Of a DNA stretch of 24,000 bases, positions 1-9,788 are shown piece after piece. Every line of letters starts with the position of its first letter. Position 1 is the stretch's first letter. The position numbers were made by a program, and so were the translations under genes. Source of the stretch: Aerococcus urinaehominis (GTDB lineage: Bacteria; Bacillota; Bacilli; Lactobacillales; Aerococcaceae); the NCBI RefSeq assembly GCF_001543245.1, contig NZ_CP014163.1:950387-974386 (forward strand), in the 5' to 3' direction. The notes beneath the pieces were generated by a model. It was not told the DNA's origin. It ran no database searches and worked only from the letters and a program-made list of their open reading frames with translations.

Positions 1-328
1 CAGCCAAATAACCCATCAAAGCCTCAAAGCCTGTCGCAATTCGGTAAGTTTGAATATCAGTATTTTTGGCAGCAGTATGACTTTTAGCATTACGGCCGCG
101 TTTATAATAGCTTAGTTCTTGGTCACTTAAAAAGCCCTCCTGGTCTAGCATCGCTTGCATCAAGCGGGCCTGGCCCTTAGCAGAAACAAAGCGGGTAGCT
201 GTCTGGTGTAGTTGGTTAGGCTTAGTTAATCCTGCAGCTAAAATATGGCGTCTAACCATTACTTCCCACTCCGCATCGCCCAAGTAGGCTAAGGCTAAGC
301 CATTTATTTGCCTAATATCACTAACCAT
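1..328 (-). CDS. mrnC: Mini-ribonuclease III (MrnC), partial at window edge
   Basis: Reverse-strand translation [30 protein letters not shown]...KGQARLMQ...[36 protein letters not shown] matches the RNase III-like MrnC pattern; its ATG overlaps the cysS stop (TAATG); usual position after cysS. Confidence 0.9.
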   Translation of the reverse strand, partial: MVSDIRQINGLALAYLGDAEWEVMVRRHILAAGLTKPNQLHQTATRFVSAKGQARLMQAMLDQEGFLSDQELSYYKRGRNAKSHTAAKNTDIQTYRIATGFEALMGYLA

Positions 329-1749
329 TATTGGTCAACTCGTTTCCAACGGGTCCCTTGCGGTGTATCATCTAATTCGATACCCTGGGCCTTTAACTGG
401 TCACGAATCTGGTCAGCGCGAGCAAAATCCTTGTTTTGACGGGCAGCTTGGCGGTCATCAATTAGGGCCTGAATATCATCTTCAAGTAAGTCTGCTTCAC
501 TAGTAAATATGAGACCAAAGACACCAGTAAGTTGGCTAAAACTATCTAAGTATGCTTGCAGTACAGCCTGAGAAACCTGGTCCTGTTCACTATATACATT
601 CATATCTCTTATCAGCTGGAAGATAACAGTCATGCCATTCGGGGTATTGATATCATCATCCATAGCCGCAACAAAGGCCGCCTCATGGCTAGCTATTTTT
701 GCCAGCTCATGGTCATCTTGGTCCAGTGCTTGCACAGCTGTTGGGAGACGATAGTTGGCATTTTTATAAGCATTATTTAATTTTTCCAAGTTATTTTTAG
801 CATCTTGGATGTTTTGCTGGCTAAATTTCAAAGGACTACGGTAGTGGGCCGTCGCTAAGAAATAGCGGATAACTTGGGGATCAATTTCGGCAATTAAATC
901 ATGGGCCAGCACAAAATTCCCTAAAGACTTGCTCATTTTTTCGCCATCATCACCCATAGTTACAAAACCGTTATGCATCCAATAGTTAGCAAAAGTTTGA
1001 CCGGTTTTAGCTTCTGACTGAGCAATCTCATTTTCATGATGCGGGAAAATTAAATCGTGGCCACCAGCATGAATATCAATTGTATCCCCCAAATACTTGG
1101 TAGCCATAACTGAACATTCAATATGCCAACCGGGACGCCCTATCCCCCAAGGTGAGTCCCAAGATACTTCACCTGGTTTGGCTGCTTTCCAAAGGGCAAA
1201 ATCCACACTATCCTCTTTGACTGCCTGATCATCACTAGCAAGCCGCTGGCTAGCTCCTTCACGTAGGTCATCTAAATTCTGGTCTGATAGCTTGCCATAA
1301 CCCTTAAATTGTCGCGCCCGGAAATATACGTCCCCATTAGTTGCATAAGCATAGCCTTTATCAATTAGGTCAGCCACAAAAGCAATAATATCCGCCATAT
1401 TTTCAACTACCCGGGGATTAGCAGTAGCCCGCATCACATTTAGGGCGTCGGTATCCTGGTAGAAGGCCTGGATATATTTATCCGCGACCTCATCAGTTGT
1501 AAGACCCTCTTCATGCGCTCGGTTAATAATCTTGTCATCAACATCAGTAAAATTAGAAACATATTTAACCTGGTAGCCCCGGTACTCCAAGTAGCGGCGT
1601 ACCGTATCAAAAGCTACTGTTGACCGTGCATTACCAATATGAATGTAGTTATAAACGGTAGGGCCACAAACATACATGCTAATTTCACCAGGCCGTAGTG
1701 GTTTAAGTTCTTCTTTTTCTCTAGTTAAGCTGTTGTAAATTTTGATCAT
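328..1749 (-). CDS. cysS: Cysteinyl-tRNA synthetase; the track start at 1878 is too early, real start probably 1749 ([15 protein letters not shown])
   Basis: [25 protein letters not shown] and [10 protein letters not shown] motifs of class I aaRS CysS. Confidence 0.96.
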   Translation of the reverse strand: MIKIYNSLTREKEELKPLRPGEISMYVCGPTVYNYIHIGNARSTVAFDTVRRYLEYRGYQVKYVSNFTDVDDKIINRAHEEGLTTDEVADKYIQAFYQDTDALNVMRATANPRVVENMADIIAFVADLIDKGYAYATNGDVYFRARQFKGYGKLSDQNLDDLREGASQRLASDDQAVKEDSVDFALWKAAKPGEVSWDSPWGIGRPGWHIECSVMATKYLGDTIDIHAGGHDLIFPHHENEIAQSEAKTGQTFANYWMHNGFVTMGDDGEKMSKSLGNFVLAHDLIAEIDPQVIRYFLATAHYRSPLKFSQQNIQDAKNNLEKLNNAYKNANYRLPTAVQALDQDDHELAKIASHEAAFVAAMDDDINTPNGMTVIFQLIRDMNVYSEQDQVSQAVLQAYLDSFSQLTGVFGLIFTSEADLLEDDIQALIDDRQAARQNKDFARADQIRDQLKAQGIELDDTPQGTRWKRVDQ

Positions 1750-2290
1750 GCTTATCGACACCCTCACTCTGCTTGCTGTCTCTTTCAATATTACGGGCCG
1801 GATTGCCAACAGCTGTTGCATAGGCCGGCACATCCTTAAGAACAATTGCACCCGCACCAACCTTGGCATGGGCACCAATACAAATTGGCCCTAAAACCTG
1901 GGCATGGGCACCAATCATTGCACCGTCGCCAACATCAGGATGACGTTTACCCTTATCTTTGCCGGTCCCACCTAAGGTGACACCGTGAAATATCATAACA
2001 TCATCACCAACCACAGCTGTTTCACCAATCACTGTGCCACCCCCATGATCAATCACCAAGCGACGACCAATCTGGGCACCCGGATGAATTTCTATTCCGG
2101 TTATAAAGCGTGAAAAATTTGCAATTAAACGAGCGATTAAATAAAGACGGTGCCTATAGAAGAAATGACCTACTCTGTGCAAACCCAAAGCATGGACACC
2201 TGGGATAGTGAGCAACACTTCTAAGGAGGATTTAATAGAGACATCATTAGCCTTGTAAGCACCAATTAGCTCTTTAATTGCAGAAAACAC
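1721..2290 (-). CDS. cysE: Serine O-acetyltransferase, GTG start, overlaps cysS by 29 nt
   Basis: Left-handed beta-helix hexapeptide repeats, GIEIHPGAQIGRRLVIDHGGGTVIGETAVVGDDVMIFHGVTLGGTGK. Confidence 0.94.
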   Translation of the reverse strand: MFSAIKELIGAYKANDVSIKSSLEVLLTIPGVHALGLHRVGHFFYRHRLYLIARLIANFSRFITGIEIHPGAQIGRRLVIDHGGGTVIGETAVVGDDVMIFHGVTLGGTGKDKGKRHPDVGDGAMIGAHAQVLGPICIGAHAKVGAGAIVLKDVPAYATAVGNPARNIERDSKQSEGVDKHDQNLQQLN

Positions 2291-2530
2291 ACCTCTAACC
2301 TCACTCTCTTACATTTTAATGAATTCTTTATAATTATAAAGCTTATTTACAATAATCTTACCTGATTTTCACAAATTTTACATTAACTGATTTCAAGTTA
2401 ACGGCAAAAAGCCAGTGCTGGCAACGATTAACGCTTAAATTTTAAATTTTAAGTAAATTTGTTATTTCATTATACCAATCTTTTTGATTTTTCTATAGTC
2501 ATAGACTAAAAACCATATTTTATAGACGTA

Positions 2531-2560
2531 AAAAAGCCTAGTGGTAGCCCACTAGACTCT
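2531..2560 (-). terminator. Probable intrinsic terminator of glgP/malQ operon
   Basis: Stem CTAGTGG/CCACTAG followed on the minus strand by GCTTTTT. Confidence 0.6.
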
Positions 2561-2584
2561 TCTTAATAATTTGATTTACAGCAC

Positions 2585-4876
2585 CTAGGCTTCAGTTTGA
2601 TAATTACTTTCTAAATGCCAGATATCATCATTATACTCGCGGATAGTCCGGTCACTTGAGAAGTAACCTGCTTCAGCGATGTTAACTAGGACCTTACGCA
2701 TCCAGGCTTCTTGGTCTTCATAATCAGCATACATTTGTTCTTTGACATCGATAAATTCTTCCAAATCAATCAAGGCCATAAAGTAGTCTTTATTAGCAAT
2801 ATCCGTATGGAGACGACGCAGGTTTTCCTTGTTACCTAACTCGAGCATTTCATCAGAAACGATAAAGTCCACGATTGGCTTAATTGCTTCCCGGTGATAA
2901 TAGTCGTGAGCGCTATAAGCATTGCGCGCATAAAGGTCAACAATTTCCTCTGAAGAACGACCAAAGATATAGATATTATCTTCACCAACTTTTTCCGCAA
3001 TCTCAACGTTGGCGCCATCTAAGGTACATAAGATCAAGGCCCCGTTAAGCATGAACTTCATGTTACCAGTACCAGAAGCTTCCTTAGAAGCCAAGGAAAT
3101 TTGTTCAGAAATATCAGCTGCCGGAATCAAGTACTCAGCCTCAGTAACATTATAGTTTTCAACCATTTCTACCTGTAAGTAAGGTCTAACTTCTGGATCA
3201 CGTTGGATCAAATCAGATAGAGTCAAGATCAGGTGAATAATATCCTGAGCAATGGTATAAGCCGGCGCAGCCTTACCACCGAAGAGAATCGTAATTGGTG
3301 TCTTTGGTTTTTGACCAGCCTTAATCATTTGATATTTCTTGATAATATAGAGGGCCAACATTTGTTGACGCTTGTACTCATGAATCCGTTTAATTTGGAC
3401 ATCAATAATGGAGTTAGTCCGGATTGGAATATTTTGGGTGATACGGAGATGTTCAGCCAAATGTTCTTTCTTGGTAGCCTTAATTTCAGCTAGTTTTTGA
3501 TAGACTTCTTCATCATCTTGGAAGTCATATAAACCAGTTAAGTCGGCATCATGATGCCAAGCCCGACCAATTTTTTCATCTAAGAATTCACTTAATTCAT
3601 GGTTAGAAGCCATAATCCAACGACGGAAGGTAATACCGTTCGTCTTGTTATTAAAGCGCTCAGGATAAATATCGTAGAAGGCTTTAAGTTCAGAATTCTT
3701 CAAGATTTCAGTATGCAGACGTGCTACCCCGTTAACTGAAAAACCATAGTGGATGGCCATATGCGCCATATGAGCCCGGTCGTTATTATCGATAATGCTT
3801 ACCGCATCATTACCAGGGAAGTTATGCTTCACTAGATCAGATAAGCCGCGGATAATATTAGCCACATCAGGAATAATTTCATCCAGATAGTTCATTGGCC
3901 ATTTTTCTAAGGCCTCTTGCAGGATAGTGTGGTTGGTGAATGCTACAACCTTGCTAACCACATCAACAGCTTCTTCAAAGGTCAAACCATGCTTGGTGGT
4001 TAATAGGCGCACAAACTCAGGGATAATTAAGGCTGGGTGGGTATCGTTGATTTGTACCACAGCGTACTCATCCAGGTCATGTAGGTTAGAACCTTTTTCT
4101 AAGGCTTCGTCAATAATTAATTGGGCAGCATTAGATACCATGAAGTATTGCTGGTAAATACGTAATAATTCACCGTTACGGTCGGAATCATCTGGATACA
4201 AGAAGAGGGTTAGGTTTTCTTCGATATTTGTTTTATCAAAGGAAATTGAGCCCTTTTCAATAATATCAGCATTGACTGAATCTAAGTCAAATAAGCGCAA
4301 ACGGTTACGCGTTTCTTGCTTGTAACCTAATACTTCTAAATCATATAGAGTGGAAGTTAGGGTAAAGCGGGCAAAGGGTACTTCATATTGCACGTCGCTC
4401 TTAGTTAACCAGGTCGGCTCAATCAACCACTCATCTGGTTTGTAGCCTTGTTGGTTAAATTTAAAGAATTGTTGGAAAAGACCAAAGTGGTAGTTCAAAC
4501 CAACACCATCAGCTGTTAAGCCTAGGGTAGCTTGTGAGTCTAAGAAACAAGCTGCTAAACGGCCTAAGCCACCATTACCTAGTGACGGCTCAATTTCAGC
4601 CAATTCAATATCATCCAATGACTTGCCATTAGCAGCTAGCTCAGCCTTCACTTCATCGTAGATGCCTAGGTTAAGCAAGTTATTACTTAACATTTTACCA
4701 ATTAGAAATTCAGCTGAAATATAGTAAAGCTTTTTCTTTTCATTATTGACTGGCAATAATTTGGCTTCGCGTTGAACAATTTTTAATAAAATATAATAGA
4801 GCTCTTGGTTGGTGCATTCGCTAATCGGCTTATCTAGGTATTCCATAGCAACGCTTTTTACATTATTATTTGGCAT
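2585..4876 (-). CDS. glgP: Glycogen/maltodextrin phosphorylase; start probably 4876 after GGAGG
   Basis: KLYYISAEFLIGKMLSNNL, EPSLGNGGLGRLAACFLDS, and PLP site EASGTGNMKFMLNGALILCTLDGANVEI. Confidence 0.95.
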   Translation of the reverse strand: MPNNNVKSVAMEYLDKPISECTNQELYYILLKIVQREAKLLPVNNEKKKLYYISAEFLIGKMLSNNLLNLGIYDEVKAELAANGKSLDDIELAEIEPSLGNGGLGRLAACFLDSQATLGLTADGVGLNYHFGLFQQFFKFNQQGYKPDEWLIEPTWLTKSDVQYEVPFARFTLTSTLYDLEVLGYKQETRNRLRLFDLDSVNADIIEKGSISFDKTNIEENLTLFLYPDDSDRNGELLRIYQQYFMVSNAAQLIIDEALEKGSNLHDLDEYAVVQINDTHPALIIPEFVRLLTTKHGLTFEEAVDVVSKVVAFTNHTILQEALEKWPMNYLDEIIPDVANIIRGLSDLVKHNFPGNDAVSIIDNNDRAHMAHMAIHYGFSVNGVARLHTEILKNSELKAFYDIYPERFNNKTNGITFRRWIMASNHELSEFLDEKIGRAWHHDADLTGLYDFQDDEEVYQKLAEIKATKKEHLAEHLRITQNIPIRTNSIIDVQIKRIHEYKRQQMLALYIIKKYQMIKAGQKPKTPITILFGGKAAPAYTIAQDIIHLILTLSDLIQRDPEVRPYLQVEMVENYNVTEAEYLIPAADISEQISLASKEASGTGNMKFMLNGALILCTLDGANVEIAEKVGEDNIYIFGRSSEEIVDLYARNAYSAHDYYHREAIKPIVDFIVSDEMLELGNKENLRRLHTDIANKDYFMALIDLEEFIDVKEQMYADYEDQEAWMRKVLVNIAEAGYFSSDRTIREYNDDIWHLESNYQTEA

Positions 4877-4925
4877 TTTTTCCTCCAAAAAGAATTAGTC
4901 GTAACAGTTACATTTTAAATTAGGA

Positions 4926-6449
4926 CTAAATGTCCTCAGGGTCTTCGCTTAATTTTTCGTTCTCCCTGAAATACAGGCTGGTTAAATTAAGCAGCTGCTC
5001 CTTGAGCGTGTTTGTAATTGCCCGGCTGTCCATCCGCCACATCCAATTAATGCCGATTGTGGACGGCACATTCATCCGTGCCTCATTACCTAAATCTAAT
5101 AAGTCCTGCATAGTATAAATCACAGTATCGCTGACACTGGCGGCAATCCCCCGGTTAAGGGCATGAGAAGCAGGTTCTCCTGGTCGCCGGTTCAAGTAAG
5201 CATCCATCTGGTCACGGATTGCCTGGCTAGCAGTTTCTTCATACCAACCACGGGCTGTTTCATTATCATGGGTGCCCACATAAGCCACACTGTTTACTGG
5301 ATAATGGTGAGGTAGGTCGTCGCTATCAGCCTCACCATCAAAGGCAAATTGTAATATCCTCATGCCCGGATAGCCTGTGGCATCGCGCATATCGATCACT
5401 TCTTGGGTCATATAACCTAAATCTTCAGCAATAATCGCCAAATCACCGCGGGCTGCTTTAAGACTATCAAAAAGCTGGTTACCCGGCCCCTTGGTCCAGT
5501 GACCATAGGCAGCAGTCGGCGCGCCGAAAGGCACCTCCCAGAAGGATTCAAAGCCCCGGAAGTGGTCAATGCGGATAATATCATAAAGATCAAAACTATG
5601 GTCTAAACGCCATAGCCACCAGTCATAGCCCTGGTCAGCCATATAATCCCAATCATAAATCGGGTTGCCCCAATATTGACCATCGGCCGTAAAGGCATCA
5701 GGTGGTACACCAGCAACCATGGTCGGATTCATCTTGACATCAACCTTGAAATATTCGGGCCGTTGCCACATCTCCACACTATCGCGAGCCACATAAATCG
5801 GCATATCGCCGATAATTTGGATATGGTGACTATTAGCATAAGCCTTGAGCTCCTGCCACTGAACCTGGAAGAAGTATTGGCAAACTTCATGAAACTTATA
5901 AGTATCAGGTTGACTAGCGACATAATGAGCCACTGCCTCACTCTGATAGTCCTGGTAGGCTTCATCCCATTCATACCAAGCCTGTAGGCCAAATTTTTCT
6001 TTTACCGTCATGTAACGACAATAGGGATCAAGCCAGTCTTGGCTAGCCGTCACAAATTTTTGATAGGCCGACGACTGGTCCAAGCCTTGATTGACAAAAT
6101 TGGCAACCGCCTGCTCCAGGATAGGCCGTCTAGCCTCAAACACCTTAGCATAATCGATTTTATTAGGGTCACTACCAAAGTCCACATCCCGGTAAGCAGC
6201 AGGATTTAACAAACCTGCCTGACTTAGACGCTCTAAGTCGATAAAATGGGTATTGCCGGCAAAAGCCGAGAAAGATTGGTAGGGTGAATCACCATAACTA
6301 GTTGTTGTCAGTGGCAATATTTGCCAGTAGCTCTGCTTGGTTGCTACTAAAAAATCAACGAAGTCATAGGCTGATTGACCAAAAGAGCCGATACCAAAAT
6401 CATTGGCTAGGGAAGAAATATGTAATAATACACCGCTTGCTCTAGTCAT
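4926..6449 (-). CDS. malQ: 4-alpha-glucanotransferase (amylomaltase)
   Basis: MTRASGVLLHISSL, IIGDMPIYVARDSVE, IIRIDHFRGFESFWEVP and AEDLGYMTQEV motifs of GH77. Confidence 0.95.
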   Translation of the reverse strand: MTRASGVLLHISSLANDFGIGSFGQSAYDFVDFLVATKQSYWQILPLTTTSYGDSPYQSFSAFAGNTHFIDLERLSQAGLLNPAAYRDVDFGSDPNKIDYAKVFEARRPILEQAVANFVNQGLDQSSAYQKFVTASQDWLDPYCRYMTVKEKFGLQAWYEWDEAYQDYQSEAVAHYVASQPDTYKFHEVCQYFFQVQWQELKAYANSHHIQIIGDMPIYVARDSVEMWQRPEYFKVDVKMNPTMVAGVPPDAFTADGQYWGNPIYDWDYMADQGYDWWLWRLDHSFDLYDIIRIDHFRGFESFWEVPFGAPTAAYGHWTKGPGNQLFDSLKAARGDLAIIAEDLGYMTQEVIDMRDATGYPGMRILQFAFDGEADSDDLPHHYPVNSVAYVGTHDNETARGWYEETASQAIRDQMDAYLNRRPGEPASHALNRGIAASVSDTVIYTMQDLLDLGNEARMNVPSTIGINWMWRMDSRAITNTLKEQLLNLTSLYFRENEKLSEDPEDI

Positions 6450-6522
6450 AAGCGCTCTCCTTACTTTAGTTTACAAATTCATTATAAGCGATTTGTAAGA
6501 TTATGCAAGCACTTTCATAGAT

Positions 6523-7632
6523 TTACATAGCCGTCTTTTGAGCCATATAATTCTCTAGACGCTCAAAATTAGTTTGCAAGAAATCTTCATCAACTTGGTA
6601 AGGCAGCGTGTGGACCTGGCTGCGCCGGTTCATCCGCTGGGCCAAGTCGCGCGCTAAGTCCTGGTCTAGGACAATCCCCATATCAGCCAGAGCGCACGGC
6701 AGGTTAAGCGGCCTAAAGAAGTCCTGTAGGCGGTCAATCTCCGACCACTTTTCTTCAGCTGCTAGCTGAAAGAAGATGCCATAAGCCACAATCTCACCAT
6801 GGTTATACTGGTGGATAGCCGGCAGGGCTGCCGTCAAAGCATCATGGGCCGCATGGGCTAGGGTCACACGAGCATACTTGTTAGCGAAACCGCCTACCAA
6901 GCCAGCCACTGCCATAATCATTTCTGATACCTGTTTAAAGGCCGGGGTAACTTGACCAGCTGCCATATCGGCAATGGCTTGTTGGGCCTGGTCAAACATG
7001 ATATCCCGACACATAATTGTCGTTTGCCGGGCCAAGATAGGAAAGGCTTCTAGTTGGAACTTTTCCTGGGAGAGAATGGCATCAGACTCATACCACTTGG
7101 CCATGGTATCTGCAACACCAGCGATAAAAAGCCGCTGGGGGGCATCAATAATTAAGCGCGGATCGGCTAGCATAAAAACAGCTTGGCGGTCTTCATGTTC
7201 CGAAATTTCTTCAGCGCTACCATCTTCCTTGTACATCACAGAAATCGGCGTCCAAGGGGCGCAGTTAGAGGCCAAGGTTGGCACCACGCCATAAGGGATA
7301 TTACTGATAGCTGCTGCTTGTAGGGTAACATCACAAATCTTGCCGCCACCGACGCCGATGACAAAGTCAATGTGGTGACTTTGGATGATTTGAGCCAGGC
7401 GGTTAGCTTCCACATAGGAACACTCGCCCCGGTGTTTTTCTTCATAAATAGTGAGTTTACTGCGATAAAGTTTAGCTAAATAAGGTTGCGCCTTTTGCCA
7501 GGACACCTGGCCGTGAACCAACAAGATACGCTGGGCACGGTGGGCCTGCAAAATACCAACCATATCGTCAAGGGCACCCTCATGGTATTGGTAGACCTGG
7601 GGACCAACCTTGACCTTTAAATCATTTAACAA
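6523..7632 (-). CDS. Iron-containing alcohol dehydrogenase, glycerol dehydrogenase-like
   Basis: DFVIGVGGGKICDVTLQAA, VPTLASNCAPWTPISVMY and HAAHDAL motifs. Confidence 0.8.
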   Translation of the reverse strand: MLNDLKVKVGPQVYQYHEGALDDMVGILQAHRAQRILLVHGQVSWQKAQPYLAKLYRSKLTIYEEKHRGECSYVEANRLAQIIQSHHIDFVIGVGGGKICDVTLQAAAISNIPYGVVPTLASNCAPWTPISVMYKEDGSAEEISEHEDRQAVFMLADPRLIIDAPQRLFIAGVADTMAKWYESDAILSQEKFQLEAFPILARQTTIMCRDIMFDQAQQAIADMAAGQVTPAFKQVSEMIMAVAGLVGGFANKYARVTLAHAAHDALTAALPAIHQYNHGEIVAYGIFFQLAAEEKWSEIDRLQDFFRPLNLPCALADMGIVLDQDLARDLAQRMNRRSQVHTLPYQVDEDFLQTNFERLENYMAQKTAM

Positions 7633-8004
7633 GGTGATAACTCCATTCTCTTTTAAGAATTAGTTAAATATTAGCATATACAAACTGGTTAACAAAGCAA
7701 ATTTGCTAGTGTTTGCCCAAGTCGATCACGGTAAACGCTTAAATATAAATCAAAAGAACAAGCTTAGTATTTTAGCAATCTTACAGCCCCCTATATATAT
7801 AAATGATCTGGTTGAGTCACTTTAAAATATGACTATTTCGACTATGATCAAAAAAACACTAATTTTGGTTAAAATTACAGCATCACTTGACTAAAAATCT
7901 TCCTGAAAGACTGCTAATCATTAGGGGATTAATCACCCTTTCCTAATTCGAGATGAAGAACGGCTGATTGAAGAAAGACCGCGCCTTGTTGCTTACAATA
8001 TTGA

Positions 8005-8028
8005 TAAAATAAATTTGTAATCGATTAC
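8005..8028 (+). promoter_or_regulatory. Candidate regulated promoter/operator: -10 TAAAAT (8005-8010), 6 nt, perfect palindrome GTAATCGATTAC (8017-8028)
   Basis: Same -10/N6/palindrome arrangement occurs at 12144-12167 and, with different centre, at 16885-16908; no good -35. Confidence 0.55.
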
Positions 8029-8113
8029 TTCAAGTTGAATCACTAATGTTACCATTTATTTTAAGGACTTGTTAGCCTTGCTAGTATGTTATACCTAGAA
8101 AGGAGTGGGTAGT

Positions 8114-8473
8114 GTGCAAGAAGCAGCAAAATATATGCGAATCTATGTATGGATGCGATCATTTATCAACCTAATTGGCATAACGAGCTTTGCTTGGGAC
8201 ATCTTTCTAGTAGCTGCTGTCGATTTATTCACTAACTACGACGATTTCCACCAAAAATTGCACGAAAATAAAAGTTTAATCTACGCCTTTAGCCAATTTA
8301 TCTGGCGTGGCTACGTTTTTTTAACCGGACTAGGCATGTTTACCAAGTTACTAAGAACAGGCCAGTTAATTTGGCAAGCAAGCGATGTCCTGTATGAACT
8401 TGGCTTTGTTGCGGTCCTAAGTTTACCTTTTACTATAATCATCTATATCGCCATTAGAAGGGGAGATATCTAA
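8114..8473 (+). CDS. 119-aa membrane protein, putative bacteriocin immunity/accessory; GTG start after AAAGGAG (track start 8105 probably too early)
   Basis: Hydrophobic segments; clear paralogue of 12485-12844 with the same length if it starts at GTG 8114 (VQEAAKYMRIYVWMRSFINLIGITSFAWDI). Confidence 0.7.
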   Translation: MQEAAKYMRIYVWMRSFINLIGITSFAWDIFLVAAVDLFTNYDDFHQKLHENKSLIYAFSQFIWRGYVFLTGLGMFTKLLRTGQLIWQASDVLYELGFVAVLSLPFTIIIYIAIRRGDI

Positions 8474-8670
8474 TGAAAATCTTACATGAAACATCTATTA
8501 ATGAGGGGTTACTACTGCAAATTAAAGGCGGTGGTAAGCGAACTGATATTGCAGCTGGTATATTACATGGCGCTGCTGCTGGTTTTAAAGTTTGTCCCGC
8601 CGGCTATAAGACTGCTTGTGCTGTAGCTATTGGCGCAGCGGGAGCAGCTTATAGCGCTTGGGGAAATTAG
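8473..8670 (+). CDS. GG-leader class II bacteriocin-like peptide, 65 aa
   Basis: MKILHETSINEGLLLQIKGG | GKRTDIAAGILHGAAAGFKVCPAGYKTACAVAIGAAGAAYSAWGN; I-12, L-7, I-4, GG; small-residue-rich with GxxxG-like spacing; TAATG coupling to upstream gene. Confidence 0.82.
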   Translation: MKILHETSINEGLLLQIKGGGKRTDIAAGILHGAAAGFKVCPAGYKTACAVAIGAAGAAYSAWGN

Positions 8671-8758
8671 ATCTTATCATTATATAAAACAACCTTGTAT
8701 AGCCCCATCTTGCATGAACCACCTCCATTAAGTAAACAATAATATAAATAAATACTGA

Positions 8759-8793
8759 GACCGCCTATACTAGTTGTATAGGTGATCTTTTTT
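8759..8793 (+). terminator. Intrinsic terminator after first bacteriocin operon
   Basis: CCGCCTATAC-TAGTT-GTATAGGTGATC then TTTTTT. Confidence 0.75.
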
Positions 8794-8866
8794 ATATCCG
8801 TATCTTTGATTCCATTTTTTAAAGAAATCAGATGAGCTACATCTTCTATACTAAATTAATACATAA

Positions 8867-8898
8867 AAATCCCCCTAAAGTAGTTTACCTTAGGGGAA
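8867..8898 (-). terminator. Intrinsic terminator of exporter operon
   Basis: Minus strand CCCCTAA...TTAGGGGGATTTTT. Confidence 0.75.
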
Positions 8899-8959
8899 GC
8901 ACATTAAATTCTAGATTCTCTCATTATATGAATATTGGCATCACTGTCGAGTTAGTTAA

Positions 8960-9583
8960 CTATGCCTGCACAGCTTGCCTGTAAAGAGCTATCATTTTTT
9001 CCTGATAGCTACGATAACTGGCAACCATTAGCGGGCTGGTTACGACAGTGGCTAGCAGCATAAAACATAGTAAAGGGGTCAGGCTAGCACCTGCTACACC
9101 TGGCTGGCGTAAAGGAGCTAGGAAAATCGGGTAGCCCAATAACAACATAGCTAGTTGCAGACCTGCAATTTTAAAAGAGCAAGTCAAACGGTAGCCACAT
9201 ATTTGCCAACGGTGACCCTTGGCTAGCTGCTGACTCTCTGCCAGTAATTTTCGTGAGCCACTGTCAGACCTATCCATCAACAGGTATGGCGCTAGGCTAT
9301 AATCCAATGACTTGATCACGCCAGGAACCACCAATAGTAATGACCATAAGCCCACTTTCACACAGGTAACTAGTTGTAGAAAGACGAAGCGACTTAGGTA
9401 ACTGGTAGGCTCCTGCCTAGAACCAGCAAACAACCGCCATAAACCAAGCGCCAAGACTAACTGTGCCAAAATATTAGCTAGTAGCCCCCAAAACTCATAG
9501 AAGCTCGTTAAGTAGACATTAGCCATTAAAAGTATTAGTAAATAGATCGCCAATAAACGGTTGGTTGTTAAAGTGAGTTTCAT
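8960..9583 (-). CDS. DUF975-like multi-pass membrane protein; start probably 9583 (MKLTLTTNRL) after GGAG
   Basis: Multiple hydrophobic segments; VVPGVIKSLDYSLAPYLLMDRSD...SRKLLAESQQLAKGHRWQI resembles DUF975. Confidence 0.6.
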   Translation of the reverse strand: MKLTLTTNRLLAIYLLILLMANVYLTSFYEFWGLLANILAQLVLALGLWRLFAGSRQEPTSYLSRFVFLQLVTCVKVGLWSLLLVVPGVIKSLDYSLAPYLLMDRSDSGSRKLLAESQQLAKGHRWQICGYRLTCSFKIAGLQLAMLLLGYPIFLAPLRQPGVAGASLTPLLCFMLLATVVTSPLMVASYRSYQEKMIALYRQAVQA

Positions 9584-9611
9584 TTTCAAAGCTCCTATTT
9601 CTCTTAAATTT

Positions 9612-9788
9612 TTATTGGTAAACCTGAGCTGGACAATAAACGGCTGGGAATTTAATGCTTTGGGCAATTTCGGGCCTCATCTTACCGCTAGCAACTAAGT
9701 CAGCTATCCGAGCTTGCTGAGCCCTAATATTGGCACATAGATTGCCACCACGAACTAGTCCTAGCTGACGATTATCGAGCTTATTCAT
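9612..9788 (-). CDS. 58-aa GG-leader secreted peptide (bacteriocin or signalling peptide); track version (9878) extends too far upstream
   Basis: MNKLDNRQLGLVRGG | NLCANIRAQQARIADLVASGKMRPEIAQSIKFPAVYCPAQVYQ; L-12, L-7, V-4, GG; RBS AGGAGGTGATTCAG-ATG; overlaps exporter stop by 8 nt. Confidence 0.8.
   Translation of the reverse strand: MNKLDNRQLGLVRGGNLCANIRAQQARIADLVASGKMRPEIAQSIKFPAVYCPAQVYQ

Noticed and set aside
2836-4157. Small ORFs inside glgP (2836, 3233, 3927)
   Set aside because: Overlap a conserved enzyme gene on either strand and have no recognisable motif.
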